Part shown: piece by piece, positions 23,084-31,506 of the stretch
Numbering within the stretch: position 1 is the first letter of the stretch
Layout of the letters: every line of letters begins with the position of its first letter
Assembly (NCBI GenBank): GCA_046094945.1
Contig: JBJTIJ010000237.1
Location: 1 to 35,379 of the forward strand
DNA length: 35,379 nt
Reading direction: 5' to 3'
Source: Planctomycetia bacterium
Lineage (GTDB): Bacteria; Planctomycetota; PLA2; JAEUHO01
Program-made: the position numbers and the translations under genes
The notes under the pieces: generated by a model
Told to the model about the DNA's origin: nothing
Database searches by the model: none
The model's input: only the letters and a program-made list of their open reading frames with translations

Positions 23084-26000
23084 ATGGCTGCCTCCCGCCG
23101 CCCCCCCAGGCCCGCCACGCCGGCATGCGGCCGGCAGCCGGGCTGCTGGCGGCTGGGCGGCCGCCTGGCCTGCGGGCTGCTGCTCGCCAGCCTGCTGCTG
23201 GCCGGGCCGGTGCGCGCCGAGGAGCCCGAGGTGCGCGCGCGCGCCTTCGGCCTGCGCGACACCAGCGAGGGCCGCCATGCCATCGACGAGGTGACCCGCC
23301 TGCACGCCGCCGGCGACCTCGCGGGCGCCTTGCGCATGGCGCAGGCCGGGCTCGAGCGCCATGCCGAGGACACCTACCTCGAGGAGCAGGCGCTGGCCTC
23401 GGAGCGCTGGCGCCCGGTCGGGCAGGTGCTGGAGGCCTGGCTGCTGGGACTGGCGCCCGGTCAGCGCGAGCGTTACGACGCGCTCTGCGACCCCTCGGTG
23501 GAGCCGCTGCTGGCGGCGGCGCGCGCGCGCGGCGACACGGCCCCGCTGGAGGAGGTGCGCCGGCGCTTCCGCGCCAGCCGCCACGGGCTGGAGGCCACGC
23601 GCCTGCTGCTCGAGCGCGCCATGGAGGCCGGCGACCTGCGCCGCGTGGCGCGCCTGGCCGAGGAGGTGACCGCACGCGCGCCGCAGGATGCCGCGGCATG
23701 GTGGCGCTGGATGGAGGCGCTGGCCACGCTGGGCGAGGGCGAGGCCCTCGCGCGCCTGCAGCCGCCGGAGGGCCTGGTGCTGGCCACCGCGCGCGGGCCC
23801 ATGGCCCTGGACACGCGGCTGGCCGGGCTGCGCGACGCGGCGGCGGCCACGCCGGCCGGCGCGCCCGCTTCTGAGGCCTGGCCCACCTGGGGCGGGGCCC
23901 CCCACCGGCTGGCCAGCGTGCCGCCCGGCGGGCGCACGCTGGGGCTGCGCTGGTCGCTGGACAGCGCGCTGGCGCCGCGCGAGCACGACCTGCCGGGCCG
24001 CGAGATGGAGGGCGACGACCAGGTCGACTTCGTCGCGGCGCTGGCGGGCTCCTTCCCCCTGTTCCCGGCCAGCGACGGCCGCGTGCTCTACGTGGGCGAC
24101 GGGCGCAGCCTGCGCGCCATCGACCTCTACGGCGGGCGCCTGCTCTGGGCACTGGAGCGCGCGCAGCCCGGCCTGCCGCTGGTGGACCCGCGCGGCTGGC
24201 TGCGCGGGCGCAGCGCCATCGACCGGCCCTTCGCGCCCAGCCTGTGGCGCGACCGCGTGATCGGCACGGTCGAGGTGCAGGTGGACTGGGTCGAGGAGCG
24301 CGTGCTCGGCACGCAGACCAACTTCTACATGCCGCGCCGCAGCGTGGTGGCCGTGGCGCGCGACAGCGGGGCGCTGCTCTGGCGCATGGGCACGCAGGGC
24401 CTGGACCGCGAGCGGCTGCGCAACGTGCATGTGTGCGGCGAGCCCGTGGTGGTGGACGACACGGTGGTGGCCGTGGCCTCGCGCAACACCGGCTACGAGC
24501 AGGTCATGATGATCGGGCTGGAGGCCGCCACGGGGCGCCTGCGCTGGGAGCGGCCGCTGGCCTACGGGCAGCAGGAGACCAACCTCTTCGGCAATCCCGT
24601 CAAGGAGTTCAGCGCGGGCGCCGTCTCCGCGCGCGAGGGCGTGGCGTACGCCTCTACCGGGCTGGGCTGCCTGTGCGCCGTGCGCGTGCAGGACGGCGCG
24701 CTGCAGTGGCTGGCCTCGTACGACAACATCCCCATCCAGCCCGTGCAGGCCTGGTACCAGCCGCGCATCCGCGTGCCGCTGGCCGGGCCCACGGCGCCGC
24801 TGGTGACGCCGGCGCTGGTGGTGGTGGCGCCGGGCGACGCGCGCCATGTGTCGGCCTACGAGCGCGCCAGCGGCCGGCTGCGCTGGCGCGTGGGCCTGGA
24901 AGAGGGCGTGCGCGCCGGCTACGGCGTGCTGCGCCACGTGCTGGGCGTGGCGCCCGTGGGCGGGCGCGAGGCCGTGCTGGTCACCGGCGGCAGCGTGCAG
25001 GCACTGGACCTGGAGACCGGGCGCCTGCTGGCACGCGGCCGGCTGGAGGGCAACGACGCGAGGGTGCTGGGCCAGGGCATCGTGCGCGGCCGCGAGGTGC
25101 TCGTGCCCACGTCGCTGGGCGTGCAGCGCTTCTCGCTGGACGGCGAGCTCAAGCTCGTGGGCACCGACCCGTGGCCCGAGGGCGCGGTGCCGGGCAACCT
25201 GCTGGCGCTGGGCAGCGTGCTGGTGGTGGCCGGGCGCGGCCCGCTGCAGGCCCACTACGCCTGGGAGGAGGTCGAGCGCGAGCTGGCGCGCCGGCGCCGC
25301 GAGCACCCCGGCGACGCCGCCGTGCTGCTGGAGGCGGCCGACCTCTACCTGCGTGGCCGCGGCCCGGGCGAGGCGCGCGCGGCCTTCCGCGCGGCGCTGG
25401 AGGTGGCGGAGCCCGGCAGCGCGCTGGCCGAGCGCGCGCGCCGCGGCCTCTTCGACGCCTGGATGGCCGAGGGCCGCGCACGCGCGGGCGAGGACCCCGT
25501 GCGCGGCGCGCCGGCCTGGCGCGAGGCACTGCAGGCGGCCGCCACGCCCGCCGAGCGCGTGGAGGCACGCCTGGCCCTCGACCTGGCGCTGGCCGCGCGC
25601 CATGAGGAACGCATCGAGAACCTCGAGCGGCTCTACGACGAGGCGGGCGACGAGGTCACGCGCCTGGACGGCATGGACACGGGCGTGCCCGTGCGCGTGC
25701 TGGCCCTGCTGCGCATCGCGCGCGCCGAGGAGGCCGCCCGGCGCGCGCCGGCGGCCGTGGCGGCCCTGCAGCGGCTGCTGGAGGCCCATGGCGACGAGCT
25801 GGTGGCCGCCGAGCGCGCCTCGGCCCTCGCCCACCGGCGCATCGCGGCCCTCGTGGAGCGCTTCGGCCCCGCCGCCTACGCGGCCCAGGAGGCCAGTGCG
25901 CGCGAGGCCCTGGCCGCCGCCCGCGCCAGCGGCGATGCCACGCGCCTCTCGCGCGTGCTGGCGACCTGGCCCAACGCCGCCGTGGTGCCGGAGGCGCGCC

Positions 26001-27466
26001 TCGCCCTGGGTCGCGCGCTGCTGGAGGCCGGCGAGCCGCAGCGGGCGCTGGTGCCACTGCAGGACCTGCGCGCCGAGACGCCCGAGGCCCCCGAGGCCCG
26101 CGAGGGGCTGGTTGCGCTGCGGCAGGCGCTGGGGGCCCTGGGGGCCAAGGGAGCTGAGCGCGCCGTCGAGGCGGCGCAGGCGGGCGAGGACCTGCCGGCC
26201 GTGCCCGAGGCGGCAGGGGGCCGCCTGCTGCTGCCGCTGCACCTCGTGCAGGCCGAGGCCCGCGGTGACGAGGACGTGGTGCTGCCGCTGCCCGTGGCGT
26301 GCGAGGACGGCGAGGTGGCGCCGCTGGCGCTCACCTCGCGCGGCGGCACGCTGCGCGCGTACAGCCTGGCCAGCGGCCGGCTGGCCTTCGAGCGGGCCGA
26401 GGCCCACGCCTCGCGCGCCGCGTGGTGCGAGGGCACGCTGGTGGCCGCCCTGCGTGGCACGCTGCAGGGCCTGGACCCGGCCACGGGCGAGGCGCGCTGG
26501 ACGCAAGAGCGCATGCGCTCGCTGCATGACCTGGCCGTGGGCCGCGGCACGGTGGTGGTGCTGGGGCAAGCCCCCGCAGAAGACGGGGGCGCGCGCGTGC
26601 TGGAGGCGCATGACGCCACCACCGGCCTGCTGCTGTGGAGCACCGCGCTGGGCCAGGAGCCCGTGTTCCAGCTGCAGGTGGCCGGCCTGCAGGTGCTGCT
26701 CTCGCGGCAGGTGCAGCAGGCGGGCGGCGCACGCACGCGCACGCTGGTCTTCGACCTGCTGTGCGGCGCGCTGCGCGCCACGCTCGACCCGCCCGTCGCC
26801 ATGGACCTGCGCGAGGTGGTGCTGCCGGGGCGCATCGTGCACGCCGGGCCGCCCTCCAGCGGCACGGGGCGGCTGGTCACCTGCACGCGCCTGCCGGCCG
26901 GCACGCCCGCCTGGTCGGCGCTGCTGGAGGACAACGGTCCCGTGACCGCCCTGCTGCCGCACCGCGACGAGCTCTGGGTGCTGCAGCACGGCGGGGCGCT
27001 CACGCGCCTGTCGCTGGCCACGGGCGAGGTGCGCTCGCGCACCAAGGTCGCCACGGGGCAGGCCCACGCACGCCCAGCCTTCGGCACCTCGCTGTGCGTC
27101 CACGACGGGCTGCTGGTGGTGATGGCCCTGGGTGCGCGCGGGGCCAGCCCGCTGCTGGCCTTCGACCCGCAGACTGGCAAGCTGCGCTGGGAGGTGGAGG
27201 GCAGCCCGCTGGCCCAGTCCCAGCAGCATGCCTTGCTGGCCGTGGGCCCGCACCTGGTGGCCTTGTGGGCCGGCGAGGACGCCAACCGCGTGCGCCAGGC
27301 CCGTCTCAAGGTGGTGCGCGCCGCCGACGGCAGCGTGGAGCAGGAGGTGGAGCAGGTGCTCTCCGGCCCCCACGGGGTGGTGGCGGTGTCGGCCGGGCCC
27401 GCGGCCCTGCTGCTGGTGGCCGACGGCGGGGCGGCCACCTACGGCCCCACCTCCCCCGCCCGCTAG
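23084..27466 (+). CDS. Large exported beta-propeller (PQQ/BamB-like) - TPR - beta-propeller protein (1460 aa)
   Basis: Signal LACGLLLASLLLAGPVRA-EE; blades AIDLYGGRLLW, ARDSGALLW, EAATGRLRW, ALDLETGRLL; central TPR-like helices (WPNAAVVPEARLALGRALLEAGE); second propeller GLDPATGEARW, HDATTGLLLW, AFDPQTGKLRW. Confidence 0.85.
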   Translation: MAASRRPPRPATPACGRQPGCWRLGGRLACGLLLASLLLAGPVRAEEPEVRARAFGLRDTSEGRHAIDEVTRLHAAGDLAGALRMAQAGLERHAEDTYLEEQALASERWRPVGQVLEAWLLGLAPGQRERYDALCDPSVEPLLAAARARGDTAPLEEVRRRFRASRHGLEATRLLLERAMEAGDLRRVARLAEEVTARAPQDAAAWWRWMEALATLGEGEALARLQPPEGLVLATARGPMALDTRLAGLRDAAAATPAGAPASEAWPTWGGAPHRLASVPPGGRTLGLRWSLDSALAPREHDLPGREMEGDDQVDFVAALAGSFPLFPASDGRVLYVGDGRSLRAIDLYGGRLLWALERAQPGLPLVDPRGWLRGRSAIDRPFAPSLWRDRVIGTVEVQVDWVEERVLGTQTNFYMPRRSVVAVARDSGALLWRMGTQGLDRERLRNVHVCGEPVVVDDTVVAVASRNTGYEQVMMIGLEAATGRLRWERPLAYGQQETNLFGNPVKEFSAGAVSAREGVAYASTGLGCLCAVRVQDGALQWLASYDNIPIQPVQAWYQPRIRVPLAGPTAPLVTPALVVVAPGDARHVSAYERASGRLRWRVGLEEGVRAGYGVLRHVLGVAPVGGREAVLVTGGSVQALDLETGRLLARGRLEGNDARVLGQGIVRGREVLVPTSLGVQRFSLDGELKLVGTDPWPEGAVPGNLLALGSVLVVAGRGPLQAHYAWEEVERELARRRREHPGDAAVLLEAADLYLRGRGPGEARAAFRAALEVAEPGSALAERARRGLFDAWMAEGRARAGEDPVRGAPAWREALQAAATPAERVEARLALDLALAARHEERIENLERLYDEAGDEVTRLDGMDTGVPVRVLALLRIARAEEAARRAPAAVAALQRLLEAHGDELVAAERASALAHRRIAALVERFGPAAYAAQEASAREALAAARASGDATRLSRVLATWPNAAVVPEARLALGRALLEAGEPQRALVPLQDLRAETPEAPEAREGLVALRQALGALGAKGAERAVEAAQAGEDLPAVPEAAGGRLLLPLHLVQAEARGDEDVVLPLPVACEDGEVAPLALTSRGGTLRAYSLASGRLAFERAEAHASRAAWCEGTLVAALRGTLQGLDPATGEARWTQERMRSLHDLAVGRGTVVVLGQAPAEDGGARVLEAHDATTGLLLWSTALGQEPVFQLQVAGLQVLLSRQVQQAGGARTRTLVFDLLCGALRATLDPPVAMDLREVVLPGRIVHAGPPSSGTGRLVTCTRLPAGTPAWSALLEDNGPVTALLPHRDELWVLQHGGALTRLSLATGEVRSRTKVATGQAHARPAFGTSLCVHDGLLVVMALGARGASPLLAFDPQTGKLRWEVEGSPLAQSQQHALLAVGPHLVALWAGEDANRVRQARLKVVRAADGSVEQEVEQVLSGPHGVVAVSAGPAALLLVADGGAATYGPTSPAR

Positions 27467-27484
27467 GCGCGGCCGGCTGCCGGA

Positions 27485-27490
27485 TAGCAT
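27485..27490 (+). promoter_or_regulatory. Putative -10 element (TAGCAT), leaderless geometry
   Basis: TANNNT 7 nt upstream of ATG 27498, no SD. Confidence 0.5.
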
Positions 27491-27497
27491 CCCGCCC

Positions 27498-28664
27498 ATG
27501 CGTCGGCTGCTCGCCTGCCTGCCGGTCCTCGCCGTGCTCGCCAGCCTGGCGGCCCTGCTCCCGGCCCGGGCCGACGAGCCGGCCCGCGGGCTGGTCACGC
27601 CCGCCACGCGCGAGGCCATCGACCGCGGCCTCGTCTTCCTCGCCCGCCTGCAGCAGCCCGACGGGTCCTGGCACAGCAACGCCGGCAAGAAGATCAACGA
27701 GGGCTACCGCGTGTTCGAGGGCGGCCGCGACGTGCCGCACGTGGGCGTCACCTCGCTGGCGGTGCTGGCCTACCTGGCCGGCGGGCACGTGCCCGGCCGC
27801 GGGCCCTACGGCGAGGTGGTGGACCGCGCCGTGCGCTTCCTCGTGGAGCAGGCCGACCCGGCCAGCGGCATGGTCGCGGCCCATGGCACGCGCATGTACA
27901 GCCATGCCTTCGCCACGCTGGCGCTGGCGGAGGTGTACGGCATGTCGCCCCAGCCGCGCGTGCGGCGCGCGCTGGAGGCTGCCGTCGACTTCACGGTGCG
28001 CTGCCAGAACGAGACCGGCGGCTGGCGCTACGTGCCCTTCACGGCCGACAGCGACATGAGCGTGACGGTGTGCCAGGTGGTGGCCCTGCGCGCCGCGCGC
28101 AACGTGGGGTTCAAGGTGCCGCAGGCCACCATCGACCGGGCCATCGGCTACGTGCTGCGCAGCGCCTACACCGGCGACGAGGCGCGCGGCGGCTTCCGCT
28201 ACCAGCCCGAGGAGATCCGCTGGAACCGCGACTCGTTCGCGCTGGCGGCCGCCGGGCTCACCACGCTGTTCCAGGCCGGCCTGTACGACAACGCTGCCAT
28301 CGCGCGCTACATCAAGGAGCACCGCATCCCGCAGGCGCCGCCGCCGCGCATCGAGGACACCGTGCGCTACCTGCGCGCGCAGTTCGCCGACGTGCCGCGT
28401 GACCACTACTTCTTCTGGTACGGCTCCTACTACGCCACGCAGGCCTTCTACCTCGTGGGCGGCAGCAGCCCGCGCGAGTGGGCGGCGTGGTACACGGGCG
28501 TGCGCGACCGCATCCTGGCCACGCGGCGCGAGGCCCGCCTGCCGGGCGGCGAGGCCGCCTGCCACTGGGTGAGCAACGTGGACGACACGCACGCCTACGC
28601 CACGGCCACGGCGCTGCTCATCCTGCAGTTCCCGCTGGACTACCTGCCCATCCACCAGCGCTGA
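27498..28664 (+). CDS. Exported prenyltransferase / squalene-cyclase (QW) repeat protein, single alpha/alpha barrel (388 aa)
   Basis: Signal MRRLLACLPVLAVLASLAALLPARA-DE; AIDRGLVFLARLQQPDGSW, MYSHAFATLALAEVYGM, QNETGGWRY, DSDMSVT, GGFRY, WYGSYYATQA. Confidence 0.88.
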   Translation: MRRLLACLPVLAVLASLAALLPARADEPARGLVTPATREAIDRGLVFLARLQQPDGSWHSNAGKKINEGYRVFEGGRDVPHVGVTSLAVLAYLAGGHVPGRGPYGEVVDRAVRFLVEQADPASGMVAAHGTRMYSHAFATLALAEVYGMSPQPRVRRALEAAVDFTVRCQNETGGWRYVPFTADSDMSVTVCQVVALRAARNVGFKVPQATIDRAIGYVLRSAYTGDEARGGFRYQPEEIRWNRDSFALAAAGLTTLFQAGLYDNAAIARYIKEHRIPQAPPPRIEDTVRYLRAQFADVPRDHYFFWYGSYYATQAFYLVGGSSPREWAAWYTGVRDRILATRREARLPGGEAACHWVSNVDDTHAYATATALLILQFPLDYLPIHQR

Positions 28665-28865
28665 GCCGCCCAGCCCGGCCGCCCTGCCCGGCCGCAGGGC
28701 CGGGCCCCGGGCGGTGGCCTCGCCCGCAGGGCGGCCCGACCGCCCAGCCCCGAGGCCGACGCGCTGCCCGGCCGCGACGCCATGCCAGCGCCGCGGCCGG
28801 GGAACGCGGGCCGGGCCGACCCGGCCGCTGCCCGCGCCGGCCCCCGGCGGGCGGCGGGCCGCCCA

Positions 28866-28901
28866 GGGCCTCGAGGTCCGGGCCTCGAGGTCCGGGCCTC
28901 G
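28866..28901 (+). repeat. 2.5 tandem copies of a 14-bp near-palindrome GGGCCTCGAGGTCC
   Basis: Exact copies at 28866-28879 and 28880-28893, partial GGGCCTCG 28894-28901; core CCTCGAGG is a perfect palindrome. Confidence 0.8.
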
Positions 28902-28939
28902 GCAGGCGGCGCGGGGCCGCGTGCGGGCTCGCGCCCCGG

Positions 28940-28954
28940 TAGTCTGGCGAGACT
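28940..28954 (+). promoter_or_regulatory. Putative -10 (TAGTCT) overlapped by inverted repeat AGTCT-GGCG-AGACT
   Basis: TAGTCT 28940-28945; dyad 28941-28954; about 45 nt upstream of proposed start 28988. Confidence 0.45.
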
Positions 28955-28987
28955 GGCCCCGCGCGGGAGCCAGCCCCGAGGTGCTGC

Positions 28988-31504
28988 CTGGCCGCCCCGT
29001 CCCCCACGCTCGACCTGCGACGCGGCCTTGCCTCGCTGCGGCGGCGCATCCGGGCCTGGCTGGCGCTGGCTGGCCTCTCGCGCCTGCTGCTGGCTGCCCT
29101 GCTCTCGCTGGCGGCCTTCTACGCCGCCGATGTGGCGCTGGACCTGCCGCTGGAGGTGCGCGCCTTCCTGCGCCTGGGCTGGCTGACGCGGCCCGAGGGG
29201 CTGCCGTGGCTGGCCTGGCTGCCGCTGCTGGCGCTCACGGGCACCGTGGCCTTCTTCCTGGCGCGCGGGCGGCGTGCCAGCGCCCCGCTGGCGGGCTTCG
29301 CCTTCGGGGGCCTGTGCGGCATGCTGGCCGCGCTGGCCGTGCGCCTGCTGGCGCCGCTGGGCGCGCGCCTCTCCGACGCCGAGCTGGCCGCCGCCGTCGA
29401 GCAGCGCCTGCCGGCCATGGGCGACCGGCTCGAGAGTGCGCTGGACTTCGAGGCTGCGCTGGCCCGCGATGCCTCGGGTGCGGCGCGCGGCGAGAGCCCG
29501 GCCATGATGCAGGCCCTGCTCGACGAGGCGCGCGTGGCCGCGCGCGGCGCCGCGTGCGCGCGGCTGGCCAGCGGGCGGGTGCCGCTGGCCTGGCTGGGCA
29601 CGCTGCTGCTGGCCGCAGGCTTCGCGGCCGCCGCCGTGGCGCTGGACCCGGCGCGCGCGCAGCTCTTCGCGCGCCGCTCGCTGGCGCTGGAGGACATCCC
29701 CTGGCCGCGCGCCTCCACGCTGTGGGCCGTGCGGCTGGAGGCCGACGGGCGCGTCACGCGCTGGCCTGCCGAGCAGCCCTTCGAGGTCACCGTGGGCCGC
29801 ACGCTCGTGGTGCACGCGCAGGTCGAGGGCGAGGCGGTGGACGACGCCCAGCTCATCGACCTCGCCGACGGCCAGCAGCCGCTGCCGCGGCGCATGTTCC
29901 CCGTGGCGGGGCGGGCGGGCATCTACGCCGTCGAGCTGGTCAACGTGCGGCAGGGCTTCCGCTTCGTGCTGCAGGGCGGTGACGACACCGACGAGCAGCC
30001 CACCTACCGCGTGGAGGCCACCGTGCCGCCGGCGCTGGTGGACGTGTCGGCCGACCTCGCCTTCCCGCCCTACCTCGGGCGCGCGCCCGAGCGCGTGGCC
30101 TCGGGCAGCCTGGAGGTGCCGCAGGGCACGCAGGTGACGCTGCTGCTGGTGCCCAGCGAGCCGCTGGAGTCGCTGCGCGTGGTGCTGGGCGAGGAGGTGC
30201 GCAGCGCCGAGCGCATCACGCCCGACGGGGGCGGCGAGGCCTGGCGCGTGGCGCTGGCCGCCGAGCGCACGCTGCGCTGGCGCGCCCTGCTGCGCACGCC
30301 GCAGGGCCGCGAGAACGACCCCGGGCAGGATGCCTACGAGATCGTGGTGCGGCCCGACGCAGCGCCCAAGGTGGCGTGGGCCTGGCCGCGCGGCGTCACG
30401 GAGGTGACGCCCGCGGGCCGCGTGCCGCTGCTGGTCTCCTGCAGCGACGACCATGCCGTGGCCTCGGCGGTGCTGGAGCTGCGCGTGGGCGCCGAGGGCC
30501 CGCTGCAGGCGCTGCGGCTGGTGCCCATGGCCGGCGAGGGCCCCGTGCTGCCGCAGGTGCAGGACAGCCTGCGCACGCTGGCGGCCTGCGACGGCCCCGA
30601 CGGGCGCGCCGCGCTGGCGGCCTACGTGCCGCTGGAGCTGGCCTGGCTCTCGGCGGGCGGCCCGCTGGCCGAGCCGGGCGCGGCGCAGCTGGCCGTGCCC
30701 TCCACCGTGCAGGTGCGGGTGGTGGCCACCGACAGCCGCGGCCAGCGCGCCGAGGGCGCCTGGCAGGTGCTGGAGGTCTATGCCCCGGCCGAGGTGGAGC
30801 GCCTGCTGTCCACGCGCCGCTCGGGCGTGCGCAGCGCCGTGAGCGCGCTGGAGGCCGAGCAGGCCGCGCGCCTGGCGCAGGTGGTCGAGCTGCGCAAGGG
30901 TCCGCTGGAGGCCGGCGAGCTCGACCTGCTCAAGACCGTGCAGTTCGCGCAGGCCAAGCTGGCCCAGCACACCGAGCGGGCCACGCGCGACTACCTGGAC
31001 GTGTTCGCCAGCTTCGTGCTCGACCGGCTGGGCGCCGACAACCCCAACGAGCGCATCCTGGCCCTCTTCGACCGCGCGCACCGCGCCCTGGCCCAGCGCG
31101 GCAGCGCGGCGCTGCGCGACGACGCGGCCTTCCCCTACGCGCTGTTCGCGGAGGTCGTGCAGGCCTGGCGCAGCCGGGCGCTGATCGACACGGCCCTGCT
31201 GGAACGCATGCTGGCCGTGCTGGACGCCGCACTGGAGGCCACCGAGGCCACGGCCCCGGCGGCGCAGCAGGCCGCGCAGCGCGCCGCCTCCGGCGAGGCC
31301 GGGGCCCTGGCAGGGCTGCAGGACGCCCAGCGCGCCCACCTCGCCGCCCTGCGCCGGCTGGGCGAGGCCCTATCCTCGTGGGAGAGCCTCAACGACGTGA
31401 TCGTGCGCCTCAAGCGCATCGTGGAGGAGCAGCGCGCGCTGCTCGAGCGCCTCGATGCCGAGGGCCGCACGAGCCCGGGCCGCGCCGCCCCTGGAGCCCG
31501 CTGA
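28988..31504 (+). CDS. DUF4175-like membrane protein (multi-TM N-terminus, Ig-like domains, C-terminal coiled coil); probable CTG start
   Basis: Frame of ORF 29132..31504 is open upstream to a TAG at 28940 and encodes LRRRIRAWLALAGLSRLLLAALLSLAAFYAAD; GAGGT SD at 28978-28982 precedes CTG 28988; motifs VEQRLP.MGDRLESA, PPYLG, PDAAPKV, SDDHAV. Confidence 0.75.
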   Translation: MAAPSPTLDLRRGLASLRRRIRAWLALAGLSRLLLAALLSLAAFYAADVALDLPLEVRAFLRLGWLTRPEGLPWLAWLPLLALTGTVAFFLARGRRASAPLAGFAFGGLCGMLAALAVRLLAPLGARLSDAELAAAVEQRLPAMGDRLESALDFEAALARDASGAARGESPAMMQALLDEARVAARGAACARLASGRVPLAWLGTLLLAAGFAAAAVALDPARAQLFARRSLALEDIPWPRASTLWAVRLEADGRVTRWPAEQPFEVTVGRTLVVHAQVEGEAVDDAQLIDLADGQQPLPRRMFPVAGRAGIYAVELVNVRQGFRFVLQGGDDTDEQPTYRVEATVPPALVDVSADLAFPPYLGRAPERVASGSLEVPQGTQVTLLLVPSEPLESLRVVLGEEVRSAERITPDGGGEAWRVALAAERTLRWRALLRTPQGRENDPGQDAYEIVVRPDAAPKVAWAWPRGVTEVTPAGRVPLLVSCSDDHAVASAVLELRVGAEGPLQALRLVPMAGEGPVLPQVQDSLRTLAACDGPDGRAALAAYVPLELAWLSAGGPLAEPGAAQLAVPSTVQVRVVATDSRGQRAEGAWQVLEVYAPAEVERLLSTRRSGVRSAVSALEAEQAARLAQVVELRKGPLEAGELDLLKTVQFAQAKLAQHTERATRDYLDVFASFVLDRLGADNPNERILALFDRAHRALAQRGSAALRDDAAFPYALFAEVVQAWRSRALIDTALLERMLAVLDAALEATEATAPAAQQAAQRAASGEAGALAGLQDAQRAHLAALRRLGEALSSWESLNDVIVRLKRIVEEQRALLERLDAEGRTSPGRAAPGAR

Positions 31505-31506
31505 CC

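Noticed and set aside
27498-28664. Calling the barrel protein squalene-hopene cyclase (shc) or part of a terpene cluster with ispE
   Set aside because: About half the length of SHC, carries a signal peptide, lacks DxDD, and has no hpn or prenyl synthase genes nearby; ispE is 21 kb away in a housekeeping run.
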